Source: an uncultured Clostridium sp. | GTDB taxonomy: Bacteria > Bacillota > Clostridia > TANB77 > CAG-508 | Length of the DNA: 47,738 bases | Reading direction: 5' to 3' | Assembly: GCA_946496115.1 (NCBI GenBank) | Contig: CAMMFK010000001.1 | Coordinates: 1-47,738 of the forward strand | Shown here: in pieces, positions 27,517 through 36,123 of the stretch | Layout: each line of letters opens with the position of its first letter | Position numbering within the stretch: the stretch's first letter is position 1 | The notes under the pieces: generated by a model | The model's database searches: none | The model's input: the letters and a program-made list of their open reading frames with translations, nothing else | What the model was told of the DNA's origin: nothing | Made by a program: the position numbers and the translations under genes

Positions 27517-29700
27517 ATGTTTAATTTAGACAAATTAGAATTTAATAATATACGTGAAAATTTAGCAAAATATACACAAACATTCGAAGGTAAAAATTTA
27601 GCTTTAAATTTAGAGCCTTCTTATAAAACTATGGAAGTTAAATCTTGGCTTAATGAAACTAACGAATGTTTGCAAATTAGAAACATAAAAGGTGAATTAC
27701 CTATTTCACAAATAGATGATGTAAGTTTTCTTATAAAAAGTCTAAAGAGCTCTCTTTCATTATCTGCAAAAGGATTACTTGAAATGAGCAATATTTTAAG
27801 AACAGCTAGAGAACTTACTGAATATATTAAAGATTTGGAAGCCCCATTACCTACTATCAAAGATTATTTTTCTATGCTTTATTCAAATAAAGATATTGAA
27901 AACAAAATTAGCTCTCGCATTATTTCTGAAGATACCATTGCTGACAATGCCTCTTCAAAACTTTATAGTATTAGAAATAGTAAAAAATCTTTAGAAAGTG
28001 ATATTAAAAATAAACTAAATCAAGTTATGCACCAAAATAGCAAATACATAATGGACCAAGTTATTACAATTAGAGATGGAAGATATGTTATACCTGTAAA
28101 AGATGAATACAAAAGCTTTGTAAAAGGATTTATACATGATACATCAAGTAGTGGCTCTACCGTTTACATTGAGCCTATGGCAGTTTTTGAGATTAATAAC
28201 AAAATAAATAATTTAAGTTTAGAAGAAAGTAAAGAAATAGAAAGAATTTTAAGCGAGCTTTCTGGCTTACTTTTCCCTATTGTTTATCAAATAGAAAAAA
28301 ATGTTGAAATTATATCTAAACTTGATTTTATAAATGCCAAAGCAAAGCTTGCAATAGAAATGGAAGCAAATTTACCTATAATTTCAAATGAAATAAATTT
28401 GATTAAATCAAGACATCCTCTAATTCCAAAGGATAAAGTTGTTCCAATAGATATTTACGTTGGCAAGGACTTTACTACATTAGTTATTACTGGACCAAAT
28501 ACTGGTGGTAAAACTGTTAGCTTAAAAACTGTTGGACTACTTTGTTTAATGGCTCAATCAGGTCTATTTATACCTGCCGGAGAAAATTCTACTGTTAAAA
28601 TATTCGAAAATATATTTGCAGATATTGGAGATGAACAAAGTATTGAGCAATCTTTAAGTACATTTTCTAGCCATATGACTAATATTGTAAAAATTGTTGA
28701 AAAAGTAAATGATAAAAGTCTAGTTTTGGTTGATGAATTAGGCTCTGGCACAGACCCAATTGAAGGTGCAAATTTAGCTTTAGCACTTCTTGAATATTTT
28801 CATAATCAAGGAGCATTAACTGTTGCTACAACTCATTATCACGAAATAAAAAATTATTGTATAACACATGATGGATTTGAAAATGCAAGTTGTGAATTTG
28901 ACATAGAAAAATTAGAACCAACATATCACTTACTTATAGGTATTCCTGGCAAAAGTAATGCTTTTGCCATAAGTAAACGCTTAGGTTTAAAGCAATCTAT
29001 TTTAGATAGAGCAAATAATTTAATGGAAAAACCTGACACAGATGTTGAAACTTTAATGAAAGAAATTTATGATGACAGAATATCTATTGAAAATTTGAAG
29101 AAAGAAGAAGAAAAAAATCTTAATCAAGTAACTCTTTTACGAAAATCTCTAGAAAAGCAATTATCAGATAAGCTAGCTCATGAAGAAGAAAAAATAGAAA
29201 AAGCTAAAAAAGAAGCTAGAGAGATTTTGCTTGATGCTAAGGAAGAAGCAAATAAAGTTATTCGCGAATTAAGTGGTCTAAGCTCAAAGGATCTTAAAAA
29301 AGCAAATGAATTAAGAAATAAATTAAATAGCGATTTAAAAGAAACTGAATCAAATCAAGGCTTAGATTTAAGTGTATTATTAAAACTAAATAATCAAGAA
29401 ACAAATAAGCCAAGTAGCAAAGCTAACGTTCATATTGAAAATACTGCCTCAAAAAGTATTTCTTCTGAAATAAATCTTATTGGTGAAAACGTAGATACTG
29501 CAATAATGGCACTTGATAAATATCTAGATAATTGCACAATGGCTCATCTAAAACAAGTAAGAGTAATTCACGGTAAAGGCACTGGAAAGCTACGTGAAGG
29601 CATACACAATTACTTAAAGAAATCTAAATATGTTAGTTCATATAGAATTGCAGGCTATGGTGAAGGTGACTATGGTGTAACAATTGTGGAATTGAAATAG
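27517..29700 (+). CDS. mutS2: endonuclease MutS2 (MutS-family ATPase with C-terminal Smr domain)
   Basis: The start MFNLDKLEF is typical. Walker A GPNTGGKT, DELGSGTDP, C-terminal Smr (VRVIHGKGTGKLR). Confidence 0.94.
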   Translation: MFNLDKLEFNNIRENLAKYTQTFEGKNLALNLEPSYKTMEVKSWLNETNECLQIRNIKGELPISQIDDVSFLIKSLKSSLSLSAKGLLEMSNILRTARELTEYIKDLEAPLPTIKDYFSMLYSNKDIENKISSRIISEDTIADNASSKLYSIRNSKKSLESDIKNKLNQVMHQNSKYIMDQVITIRDGRYVIPVKDEYKSFVKGFIHDTSSSGSTVYIEPMAVFEINNKINNLSLEESKEIERILSELSGLLFPIVYQIEKNVEIISKLDFINAKAKLAIEMEANLPIISNEINLIKSRHPLIPKDKVVPIDIYVGKDFTTLVITGPNTGGKTVSLKTVGLLCLMAQSGLFIPAGENSTVKIFENIFADIGDEQSIEQSLSTFSSHMTNIVKIVEKVNDKSLVLVDELGSGTDPIEGANLALALLEYFHNQGALTVATTHYHEIKNYCITHDGFENASCEFDIEKLEPTYHLLIGIPGKSNAFAISKRLGLKQSILDRANNLMEKPDTDVETLMKEIYDDRISIENLKKEEEKNLNQVTLLRKSLEKQLSDKLAHEEEKIEKAKKEAREILLDAKEEANKVIRELSGLSSKDLKKANELRNKLNSDLKETESNQGLDLSVLLKLNNQETNKPSSKANVHIENTASKSISSEINLIGENVDTAIMALDKYLDNCTMAHLKQVRVIHGKGTGKLREGIHNYLKKSKYVSSYRIAGYGEGDYGVTIVELK

Positions 29701-29735
29701 AGTAGGAGCTTTTGCCCCTACTCATTTACCTTATT
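29700..29735 (+). terminator. terminator after mutS2
   Basis: GAGTAGGAGC-TTTT-GCCCCTACTC hairpin followed by a T-rich run. Confidence 0.55.
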
Positions 29736-29855
29736 TTAGTATTTTATAAATACAAGGCTAAGGATTTCCTCTTGTAATATTATAAAATATTACATTAACA
29801 GTATAATCATTATACTACCTTTTTATACCAATGTCAACATAATTTTTTGTATTTT

Positions 29856-30536
29856 CTACACTCTTCTTAAGCAATTTCTAAATTGTCTTTGACAAGCACA
29901 AGTTCTACAAGCTGTAGTATTGGGGTCACCATTTCTCAAAGTGCCACACCCACAATTACAATTGTTTCCGCTTCTGTTTTGTCTGCTATTATTTGAATTA
30001 CAGCATAATGGACAATTGTCATCGTCTTCATTTTGACTATTAATTGTGTCTGCTAAGTCATCAATGCTATTACTCAAAGCTACAACATTTTCATTAAAGC
30101 AAGCTAAATTTCTGCTAAAACCATTATTTCCATTGCAACAATTTGAGCCACTTCTGTTGTTACCGCTTCTAGCATTTTCATTATTACATGATGAACATCT
30201 ACCCTCACCTGTTCTTGAGCTATTACAGTTATTGCAACAAGATGAATTATTATCACCGGCTCTTCCGCTTCCGCTATTACCTATAAAATTAATTTCAATA
30301 GTTCTATTAGCAATTCTGCAGAAGATGCTAACAATGTATGCCGTAATTAAAGCTATAATTGCATATATAAATGCTGCTATTAAGAAGCTTACACCATATA
30401 CGGTAAATGTAACAATTAAGAAAATTGCAAGTACAATTGCCGATACTAAGTATGGGTTACAAAGTATTTTTTGTAGAGCAATTGCAAAAATTATAGTTGC
30501 AATAGGAAATATAAATAAAAATAAAATTATATCCAT
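29856..30536 (-). CDS. membrane-anchored Cys/Asn/Ser/Gly-rich protein, unknown function
   Basis: The N-terminal ~80 aa are hydrophobic (2-3 TM). The C-terminal ~140 aa carry about 18 Cys (hand count) in CC, CxxC and CxC patterns. AAGGGGA SD. Confidence 0.65.
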   Translation of the reverse strand: MDIILFLFIFPIATIIFAIALQKILCNPYLVSAIVLAIFLIVTFTVYGVSFLIAAFIYAIIALITAYIVSIFCRIANRTIEINFIGNSGSGRAGDNNSSCCNNCNSSRTGEGRCSSCNNENARSGNNRSGSNCCNGNNGFSRNLACFNENVVALSNSIDDLADTINSQNEDDDNCPLCCNSNNSRQNRSGNNCNCGCGTLRNGDPNTTACRTCACQRQFRNCLRRV

Positions 30537-30585
30537 ATTATCCCCTTGTATATTTTATGTCAATCTTACGATTTTTGACACTAAA

Positions 30586-30669
30586 ATTCCAATATACATT
30601 CTCTCCCATTTCACGGCGCGGGTCGCTGCTTGCTCCAACTTGTGAAATATCGAGAACATATATTGGAAT
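30586..30669 (-). repeat. member of the CAATATATGT nested-palindrome family (84 nt)
   Basis: 18-bp arms ATTCCAATATATGTTCTC / GAGAATGTATATTGGAAT (minus strand, two G-U pairs), an inner 7-bp stem ATTTCAC/GTGAAAT, and a GC-rich apical loop. Confidence 0.65.
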
Positions 30670-30676
30670 ATTTTAA

Positions 30677-31432
30677 TTAACTCGTTAAATTGACATCTCC
30701 ATACTCCACATTAACCAAATAAAGTCCCGTAGGTGGCAATGTTTTTCCTGCTTTTAGCCTATCTTTTGCCTCCAATATTTCTTTTACATCAGATGGTTCT
30801 ATCTTTCCTATACCAACATCAACTAGAGTCCCAGCAATAATTCTTACCATGTTATATAGAAATCCATTGCCAGTAAGTTCAATGGTTACAATTTCACCAT
30901 TTCTTGTAACTTTAGCGTCATATATTGTTCTTACACTACTTTTGCTACTTGTACCACTTGCTTTGAATGATTTGAAATCATGCTCACCTATTAAAAATTT
31001 TACTGCTTCGTTCATTTTATTTTCGTCTAATTTTTCTGGAAAATGATATTGCAGATATCTATAAATTGCTGTTCCTTGAACTGAATTATTTATTACATAT
31101 CTATATGTTTTCCTTTTACAAGTATATCTACTATGAAATTTTTCCGGTACTTCTTCTGCCTCTTTTATCCTAATAGATTTTTTTAGTTTTGAGTTTAATG
31201 CATATGGTATTTTTTCTATTGGAAAATCTTTTTCTAATCTAAAATTTGCAACTTGACCAAGTGCATGTACTCCTGCATCAGTTCTTCCAGATGCAATTAA
31301 ATCCACCTTTTCTCCTGTTACTTCCTCTATTGCTCTTTCAATTTCTCCCTGAATATTTAGTTTATTAGGTTGCTTTTGCCACCCATTAAAGTCTTTTCCA
31401 TCATATTCAATTGTTAATTTTATGTTTCTCAT
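30677..31432 (-). CDS. truA: tRNA pseudouridine(38-40) synthase TruA
   Basis: IEYDGKDFNGWQKQ, GRTDAGVHALGQV catalytic Asp motif. Confidence 0.96.
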   Translation of the reverse strand: MRNIKLTIEYDGKDFNGWQKQPNKLNIQGEIERAIEEVTGEKVDLIASGRTDAGVHALGQVANFRLEKDFPIEKIPYALNSKLKKSIRIKEAEEVPEKFHSRYTCKRKTYRYVINNSVQGTAIYRYLQYHFPEKLDENKMNEAVKFLIGEHDFKSFKASGTSSKSSVRTIYDAKVTRNGEIVTIELTGNGFLYNMVRIIAGTLVDVGIGKIEPSDVKEILEAKDRLKAGKTLPPTGLYLVNVEYGDVNLTS

Positions 31433-32330
31433 TTTGCTTTTCAGCCTTTCTGTTTGCCCATTTTTCTTTCATTTTGTTAATTTTACTAACTCTTTGTTCT
31501 GAGCCAAATTTAGCAGTAACCAAATTTTTGATTAAAATACGTTTAAGTGCATCTTCTTTAACATCTGCAATTAAAGTTCCGTCTTTTGCAATTGATATTT
31601 TTCCAGTCTCTTCTGAAACTACTACTGCAATTGCGTCAGACTCTTTAGATATACCTATTGCTGCTCTATGTCTTGTGCCTAATTCTCTTGCAATATCTTT
31701 ATCATCTGCGAGTGGCAATATACAAGCTGCTGCTGTTATTTTATTATTGCTTATTACTACTGCTCCATCATGAAGTGGTGTTTTTGGAACAAATATATTT
31801 ACTAACATTTGAGGCGATATTTCTGCATCTAGTTTTATACCTGTTTCTATTATATCTTGTATTTTTATATCTCTTTCAAATACTATTAGAGCACCTGTTT
31901 TAGATTTTGCCATTTCTTCTGCTGCAATTACCACTTTGTATATATCTTCTTTTGTTTTATCTCTTAAGCTTTTATCTATTCCAAAAAGTTTTGAAAATGT
32001 ACTAGAGCCTAATTGTTCTATTGCTCTACGTAGTTCTGGTTGAAATATAATAAGTAGTGCAATTACTCCATAATTCATAAATGAAGTTAATATAAAATAT
32101 AATAGTCTTAATTCAAATAAATTACTTAAAACTGTAATAATTACGAGTAAAACAATACCTTTTAATAACTGCCATACTCTTGATTTTTTAGCTACTTTAA
32201 CAAAATAAACTAATAAAAATATAACTATTGTTATATCTAAAACAAAAGTAACAATCTGCCAAGGATGTAATGATAAATCGCTTATATAGTCTGCAAAATC
32301 AAAATTTAAATTTGATAAATTTTCAAACAT
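31407..32330 (-). CDS. cdaA: diadenylate cyclase CdaA (membrane-anchored DAC domain)
   Basis: The start MFENLSNL follows AAGGAGAA. Three N-terminal TMs, DGAVVI and GTRHRAA DAC motifs. Its 3' end overlaps the truA start by 26 nt. Confidence 0.9.
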   Translation of the reverse strand: MFENLSNLNFDFADYISDLSLHPWQIVTFVLDITIVIFLLVYFVKVAKKSRVWQLLKGIVLLVIITVLSNLFELRLLYFILTSFMNYGVIALLIIFQPELRRAIEQLGSSTFSKLFGIDKSLRDKTKEDIYKVVIAAEEMAKSKTGALIVFERDIKIQDIIETGIKLDAEISPQMLVNIFVPKTPLHDGAVVISNNKITAAACILPLADDKDIARELGTRHRAAIGISKESDAIAVVVSEETGKISIAKDGTLIADVKEDALKRILIKNLVTAKFGSEQRVSKINKMKEKWANRKAEKQNEKHKINN

Positions 32331-32341
32331 CTTTTTTCTCC

Positions 32342-32551
32342 TTAATCCATATACCACATTAAGTAAAATATTAGTGTAGCTGATGATGCTAATAATAAGC
32401 AAATTACTATTATTAAAGCCACTAATCTTCCTAAATTTTTCTTAATGTTAAATTTTTTATGTACTCTTTTTTTTGATTTGTTTTGTTCACTTTTTTCTGT
32501 TATAACTTCTTTTTCTTCTATTTTATTCTTCTTTTTCTTGCCCTTTGCCAT
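32342..32551 (-). CDS. small basic protein with a single C-terminal TM helix
   Basis: 69 aa with a Lys-rich N-terminus then LVALIIVICLLLASSATLIFYLMWY. It ends 11 nt before the cdaA ATG. Confidence 0.45.
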   Translation of the reverse strand: MAKGKKKKNKIEEKEVITEKSEQNKSKKRVHKKFNIKKNLGRLVALIIVICLLLASSATLIFYLMWYMD

Positions 32552-32723
32552 TTTTAATTCCTTGTATAATTATTTAGGTTTTTACAGGTCCTATAACCCT
32601 TTATATATTAAAATTATAATTAACTTACACATTATTGTCAATAATTGATTTCTAAATTTAATTAAGATTGTTCTTAATAGAGAAATTATTACTAAACTGT
32701 AATCTTCTTATTTTAAATTTTGC

Positions 32724-33767
32724 CTAATGAGATAATATTTTTCCACCGCCAAGTACTGTATCTCCGTCATAAAATACAACAGACTGTCCTGGAGTAATAG
32801 CTCTTTGAGGCTCATCAAAAATCACCCTTGCATAACCTCTTGAAATTAATATTAACTTTGCTGTTTTTTCTTCAGCTGCATATCTTATTTTTGCTTTAAC
32901 CTTCATTCCACTTTTTACATCATCAACAAGCCAATTAATGTTTGCTGCCTGTAAACTTTCTTTATATAAATCTTTTTCTTCTCCTACAATAAGTTCATTT
33001 TTTAATTTATTGTAGTCTATTACAAATAATGGTTCTGAATTTGATATACCTAATCCCTTTCTTTGGCCAATAGTATATTTATACAGCCCAGTATGTTTTC
33101 CTAGAACATTTCCTTTTTTATCAACAATATTTCCTTCTTTTGGCTTAAATTTTGCCTTTGTTTCTAAAAACTCTTTATAATCTCCATTTTCTATAAAGCA
33201 AATATCTTCACTGTCTGGCTTATTTGCTACCTCTAGTCCATACTTTGTTGCTATCTCTCTTATTTCTTCTTTAGACTCAAATTTTCCTAACGGAAAAATA
33301 ATATGATCTAATAATTCTTTTCGAATATTATATAAAACATAGCTTTGATCTTTTTTTAAATTCTTTGCTTTTTTTAATACATTAGCATTACGCTTTTCGT
33401 CAAACTCAATATTTGCATAATGTCCAGTAGCTATGTAATCACATTTTAATTCTTTTGCTCTTGTATACATAGCTCCAAATTTCATAAATTTGTTGCACAT
33501 AATACATGGATTAGGAGTATGGCAAACTTTATATTCTACAATAAAATCTTGAATAACAGCTTCTTTGAATTTATTTCTTAAATCTAAAAAAGTAAATGGT
33601 ATTCCTAATTTTTTGCAAACTTTGCTTGCATCAGATGCATTTGATGTGTCTTCTCCCCAAAGTAGCATATTTACACCGATTACATCATATCCTTGCTTTT
33701 TTAGTAAAATGGCTGAAACAGCACTATCTACTCCTCCACTCATTCCTAATAAAATTCTTTTATTCAT
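32724..33767 (-). CDS. mnmA: tRNA 2-thiouridine(34) synthase MnmA
   Basis: PP-loop GMSGGVDSAV, catalytic Cys region, 347 aa. Confidence 0.96.
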   Translation of the reverse strand: MNKRILLGMSGGVDSAVSAILLKKQGYDVIGVNMLLWGEDTSNASDASKVCKKLGIPFTFLDLRNKFKEAVIQDFIVEYKVCHTPNPCIMCNKFMKFGAMYTRAKELKCDYIATGHYANIEFDEKRNANVLKKAKNLKKDQSYVLYNIRKELLDHIIFPLGKFESKEEIREIATKYGLEVANKPDSEDICFIENGDYKEFLETKAKFKPKEGNIVDKKGNVLGKHTGLYKYTIGQRKGLGISNSEPLFVIDYNKLKNELIVGEEKDLYKESLQAANINWLVDDVKSGMKVKAKIRYAAEEKTAKLILISRGYARVIFDEPQRAITPGQSVVFYDGDTVLGGGKILSH

Positions 33768-33931
33768 TTTTTAAATCCTTTTTATAAATTTAGCATAATT
33801 ATATCATAAAGTTATTAGGTTTACCATAATTTTTTGTAATTTTATTTGCTATTTTTCATATAATATAGTATAATAATAAGTGTACCCAAATGATACACTT
33901 GTGCAATGTTTTAACTCATAAAAATTTACAT

Positions 33932-34290
33932 GGGGGTGTAAATGGTTTCGACAGTTTTTTAGAAGTATTTATAGCGAGTAGTGGATGGTTGCTTTGGCCA
34001 CTTAAAATCAAGCAAATTAAATATAAAGGCTAACGATAGAGAATTAGCTTACGCTGCTGCTTAAGTAACAGCGTCGTCTTACCCAAGAGCCTACTGCTTG
34101 GAATAAGGCGTCGATTAAAGTAGGAAACGAAGTTGCTTATTCCACTTAAGCAATGGGTAATTTAAATGGATATGAATAAAATGCTTTGTTCATTTGCTAT
34201 TTTATTTAGAATTTTAAAAATGAACTGCACTCGGAGAAGTAAATATGGAAAAATAATTGGACGCGAGTTCAACTCTCGCCACCTCCACCA
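33932..34290 (+). ncRNA. ssrA: tmRNA (SsrA)
   Basis: 5' GGGGGUGUAAAUGGUUUCGACAG, 3' GGACGCGAGUUCAACUCUCGCCACCUCCACCA. Tag reading frame 34029-34064 is GCU AAC GAU AGA GAA UUA GCU UAC GCU GCU GCU UAA = (A)NDRELAYAAA. Confidence 0.95.
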
Positions 34291-34348
34291 ATTAAGCATA
34301 ATTTGTAAAACTTCACATTTAACCATATGCTCAAATATAATTAATATA

Positions 34349-34385
34349 AAAAAAGACATGAGTTTGTTCATGCCTTTTCTTTTTG
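34349..34385. terminator. bidirectional terminator between ssrA and the dGTPase gene
   Basis: A-run, GACATGA-GTTTG-TTCATGCC hairpin, T-run. Confidence 0.5.
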
Positions 34386-34387
34386 TT

Positions 34388-35590
34388 TTAGAAATGTATA
34401 ATTTCATTATACATTTCAATTGCAAATTTATCTGTCATACCTGATATATAATAAATAATTGATTGAATGTAATCTTCTTTTTTATTAATATCGAAAATTA
34501 TTTTATTTTTCAATTTTTCACGCTTGCCCATGTTCCAATATTTTTCTATCCAACTATAAAAATTATTTAATAAATTAGGATAATATTTAACCATATTCTT
34601 AATTTTATTTGGTGTATTTATTCCATCATAACTATCCTTTAATATATCAAATAATTGGTTTATTACTACCTCAAAATATTTATTAGAAGGATCCATTCTT
34701 TTTGCACCATAAATGTATTTGTAATTAAAAGCCTTGATTTTGTCCATCATCTCTACAGCATTTTTAGATAATTTTATTCCTTCTTTTGGCGAAGAATTTT
34801 CGCAAATATCTGTTACTAGAGTATTTATTATAACTGAATTACTTGTTTTACTAGGAATACCAGTGATGTCTGATAATTCATTTAACATATCCTCTGTTAA
34901 AAAGTTTTCTTCTATGGCATCTTCTATATCTCTACCTAAATAAGATATTTTGTCTGATACTTTTACTATACATGCTTCCCATGTATAAGGAGCATATTCA
35001 TTTGGCTTTGTATAATTATTTAAATCTATTGCTTCGTTCCTTGGCTTTAAACTATTTTCATCAATTTCTCCACAATGAGATATTATACCATCTCTTACCG
35101 CATATGTTAAATTCAAGTTTTGTTTATTTCCATCATAATCATCTAAAAGTTCTATATTATCCACTATATTAAGTCCATTTTGCTCATGCCAAAATGGCTT
35201 TCCTAATTCTCTTTGAGATATACTTGATAAAACTATTTCACCCTTATGACCAAAGGGTCCATGACCTACATCATGTCCACATGCAATGGCTCTAGTTAGT
35301 TCACTATTTAGCCCTAGATAATTAGAAATTGTATAACTTATGGATTCAACATAATTAACATGGTCTATTCTTGTAGAAATATGGTCATTTTCTGGTGAAA
35401 AGAATACTTGTGTTTTGTGCTTTAGCCTATTATATGCATTTGTATGTAAAATTCTATTAAAATCTCTTTCAAAAGGAGAACGTATATCTCCAGCTTTTGA
35501 ATATAATTCATTTTCTCTTTTTACCATTTGACTCCATTTAAAATTGTTTTCACTTGCTGAATACTCTTTAAATAGATATTTATTACTCAT
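34388..35590 (-). CDS. HD-domain dGTPase-like deoxynucleoside triphosphate triphosphohydrolase
   Basis: The start MSNKYLF follows AAGGAGAA. RSPFERDFNRILH, HDVGHGPFGH HD motif. Confidence 0.88.
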   Translation of the reverse strand: MSNKYLFKEYSASENNFKWSQMVKRENELYSKAGDIRSPFERDFNRILHTNAYNRLKHKTQVFFSPENDHISTRIDHVNYVESISYTISNYLGLNSELTRAIACGHDVGHGPFGHKGEIVLSSISQRELGKPFWHEQNGLNIVDNIELLDDYDGNKQNLNLTYAVRDGIISHCGEIDENSLKPRNEAIDLNNYTKPNEYAPYTWEACIVKVSDKISYLGRDIEDAIEENFLTEDMLNELSDITGIPSKTSNSVIINTLVTDICENSSPKEGIKLSKNAVEMMDKIKAFNYKYIYGAKRMDPSNKYFEVVINQLFDILKDSYDGINTPNKIKNMVKYYPNLLNNFYSWIEKYWNMGKREKLKNKIIFDINKKEDYIQSIIYYISGMTDKFAIEMYNEIIHF

Positions 35591-35633
35591 AAAATTTTCT
35601 CCTTTTTGGTTTGTGACTTTCATAGTGACATTC

Positions 35634-36062
35634 TTATTTGCTACTTGTTTTCTTAAATGCGAAAAACTTACTTATAAAAAAGTTTAATATTACCACTACA
35701 ACAGTTACAATTAATTTAGAAATCATTTGAGGCATAGGTGTTAAAAACAAAAGTGCTCCTCCTATCCATTCTATTATCATTGTAAATGCTCTTCCTGAAA
35801 TAAACTTGGCAAATTCTTTCCATTTTTCTTTTAATGTTTTTGCTTCTGAATGGAATACCAAATCTTTATTTGTAAAATATGCAAATAAAACAGCTGTAAT
35901 TATAGCTATTATGTTTGATAAGTTTTCATTCAAATTTAATAAATCTGTTAATACATAAAAAACTCCTAAATTAATAACTGTTGTTAATACTCCAAAAATT
36001 ATGTAAAATATAATCTCTTTAGTTAATACTTTTCCAATTAATTCAGATATTTTTTCTTTCAT
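35634..36062 (-). CDS. GtrA-family membrane protein
   Basis: 142 aa, 4-TM small protein with a GtrA-like pattern (F..NK..VF after TM2). Confidence 0.7.
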   Translation of the reverse strand: MKEKISELIGKVLTKEIIFYIIFGVLTTVINLGVFYVLTDLLNLNENLSNIIAIITAVLFAYFTNKDLVFHSEAKTLKEKWKEFAKFISGRAFTMIIEWIGGALLFLTPMPQMISKLIVTVVVVILNFFISKFFAFKKTSSK

Positions 36063-36123
36063 TTAATTAACCTCTCTTATTTAGTCCATTTTAGAAATCT
36101 AACCCGTGCCCAACTGAAATAAA

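Noticed and set aside
34162-34444. Track ORFs 34162-34425 (-) and 34166-34444 (+).
   Set aside because: They overlap the 3' part of tmRNA and its terminator and are spurious.
33932-35623. A genomic island integrated at the ssrA 3' end, with the adjacent HD-domain dGTPase as a possible defence gene.
   Set aside because: There is no integrase, no duplicated ssrA 3' end (att repeat) and no compositional shift downstream. The dGTPase looks like an ordinary housekeeping Dgt-family gene.
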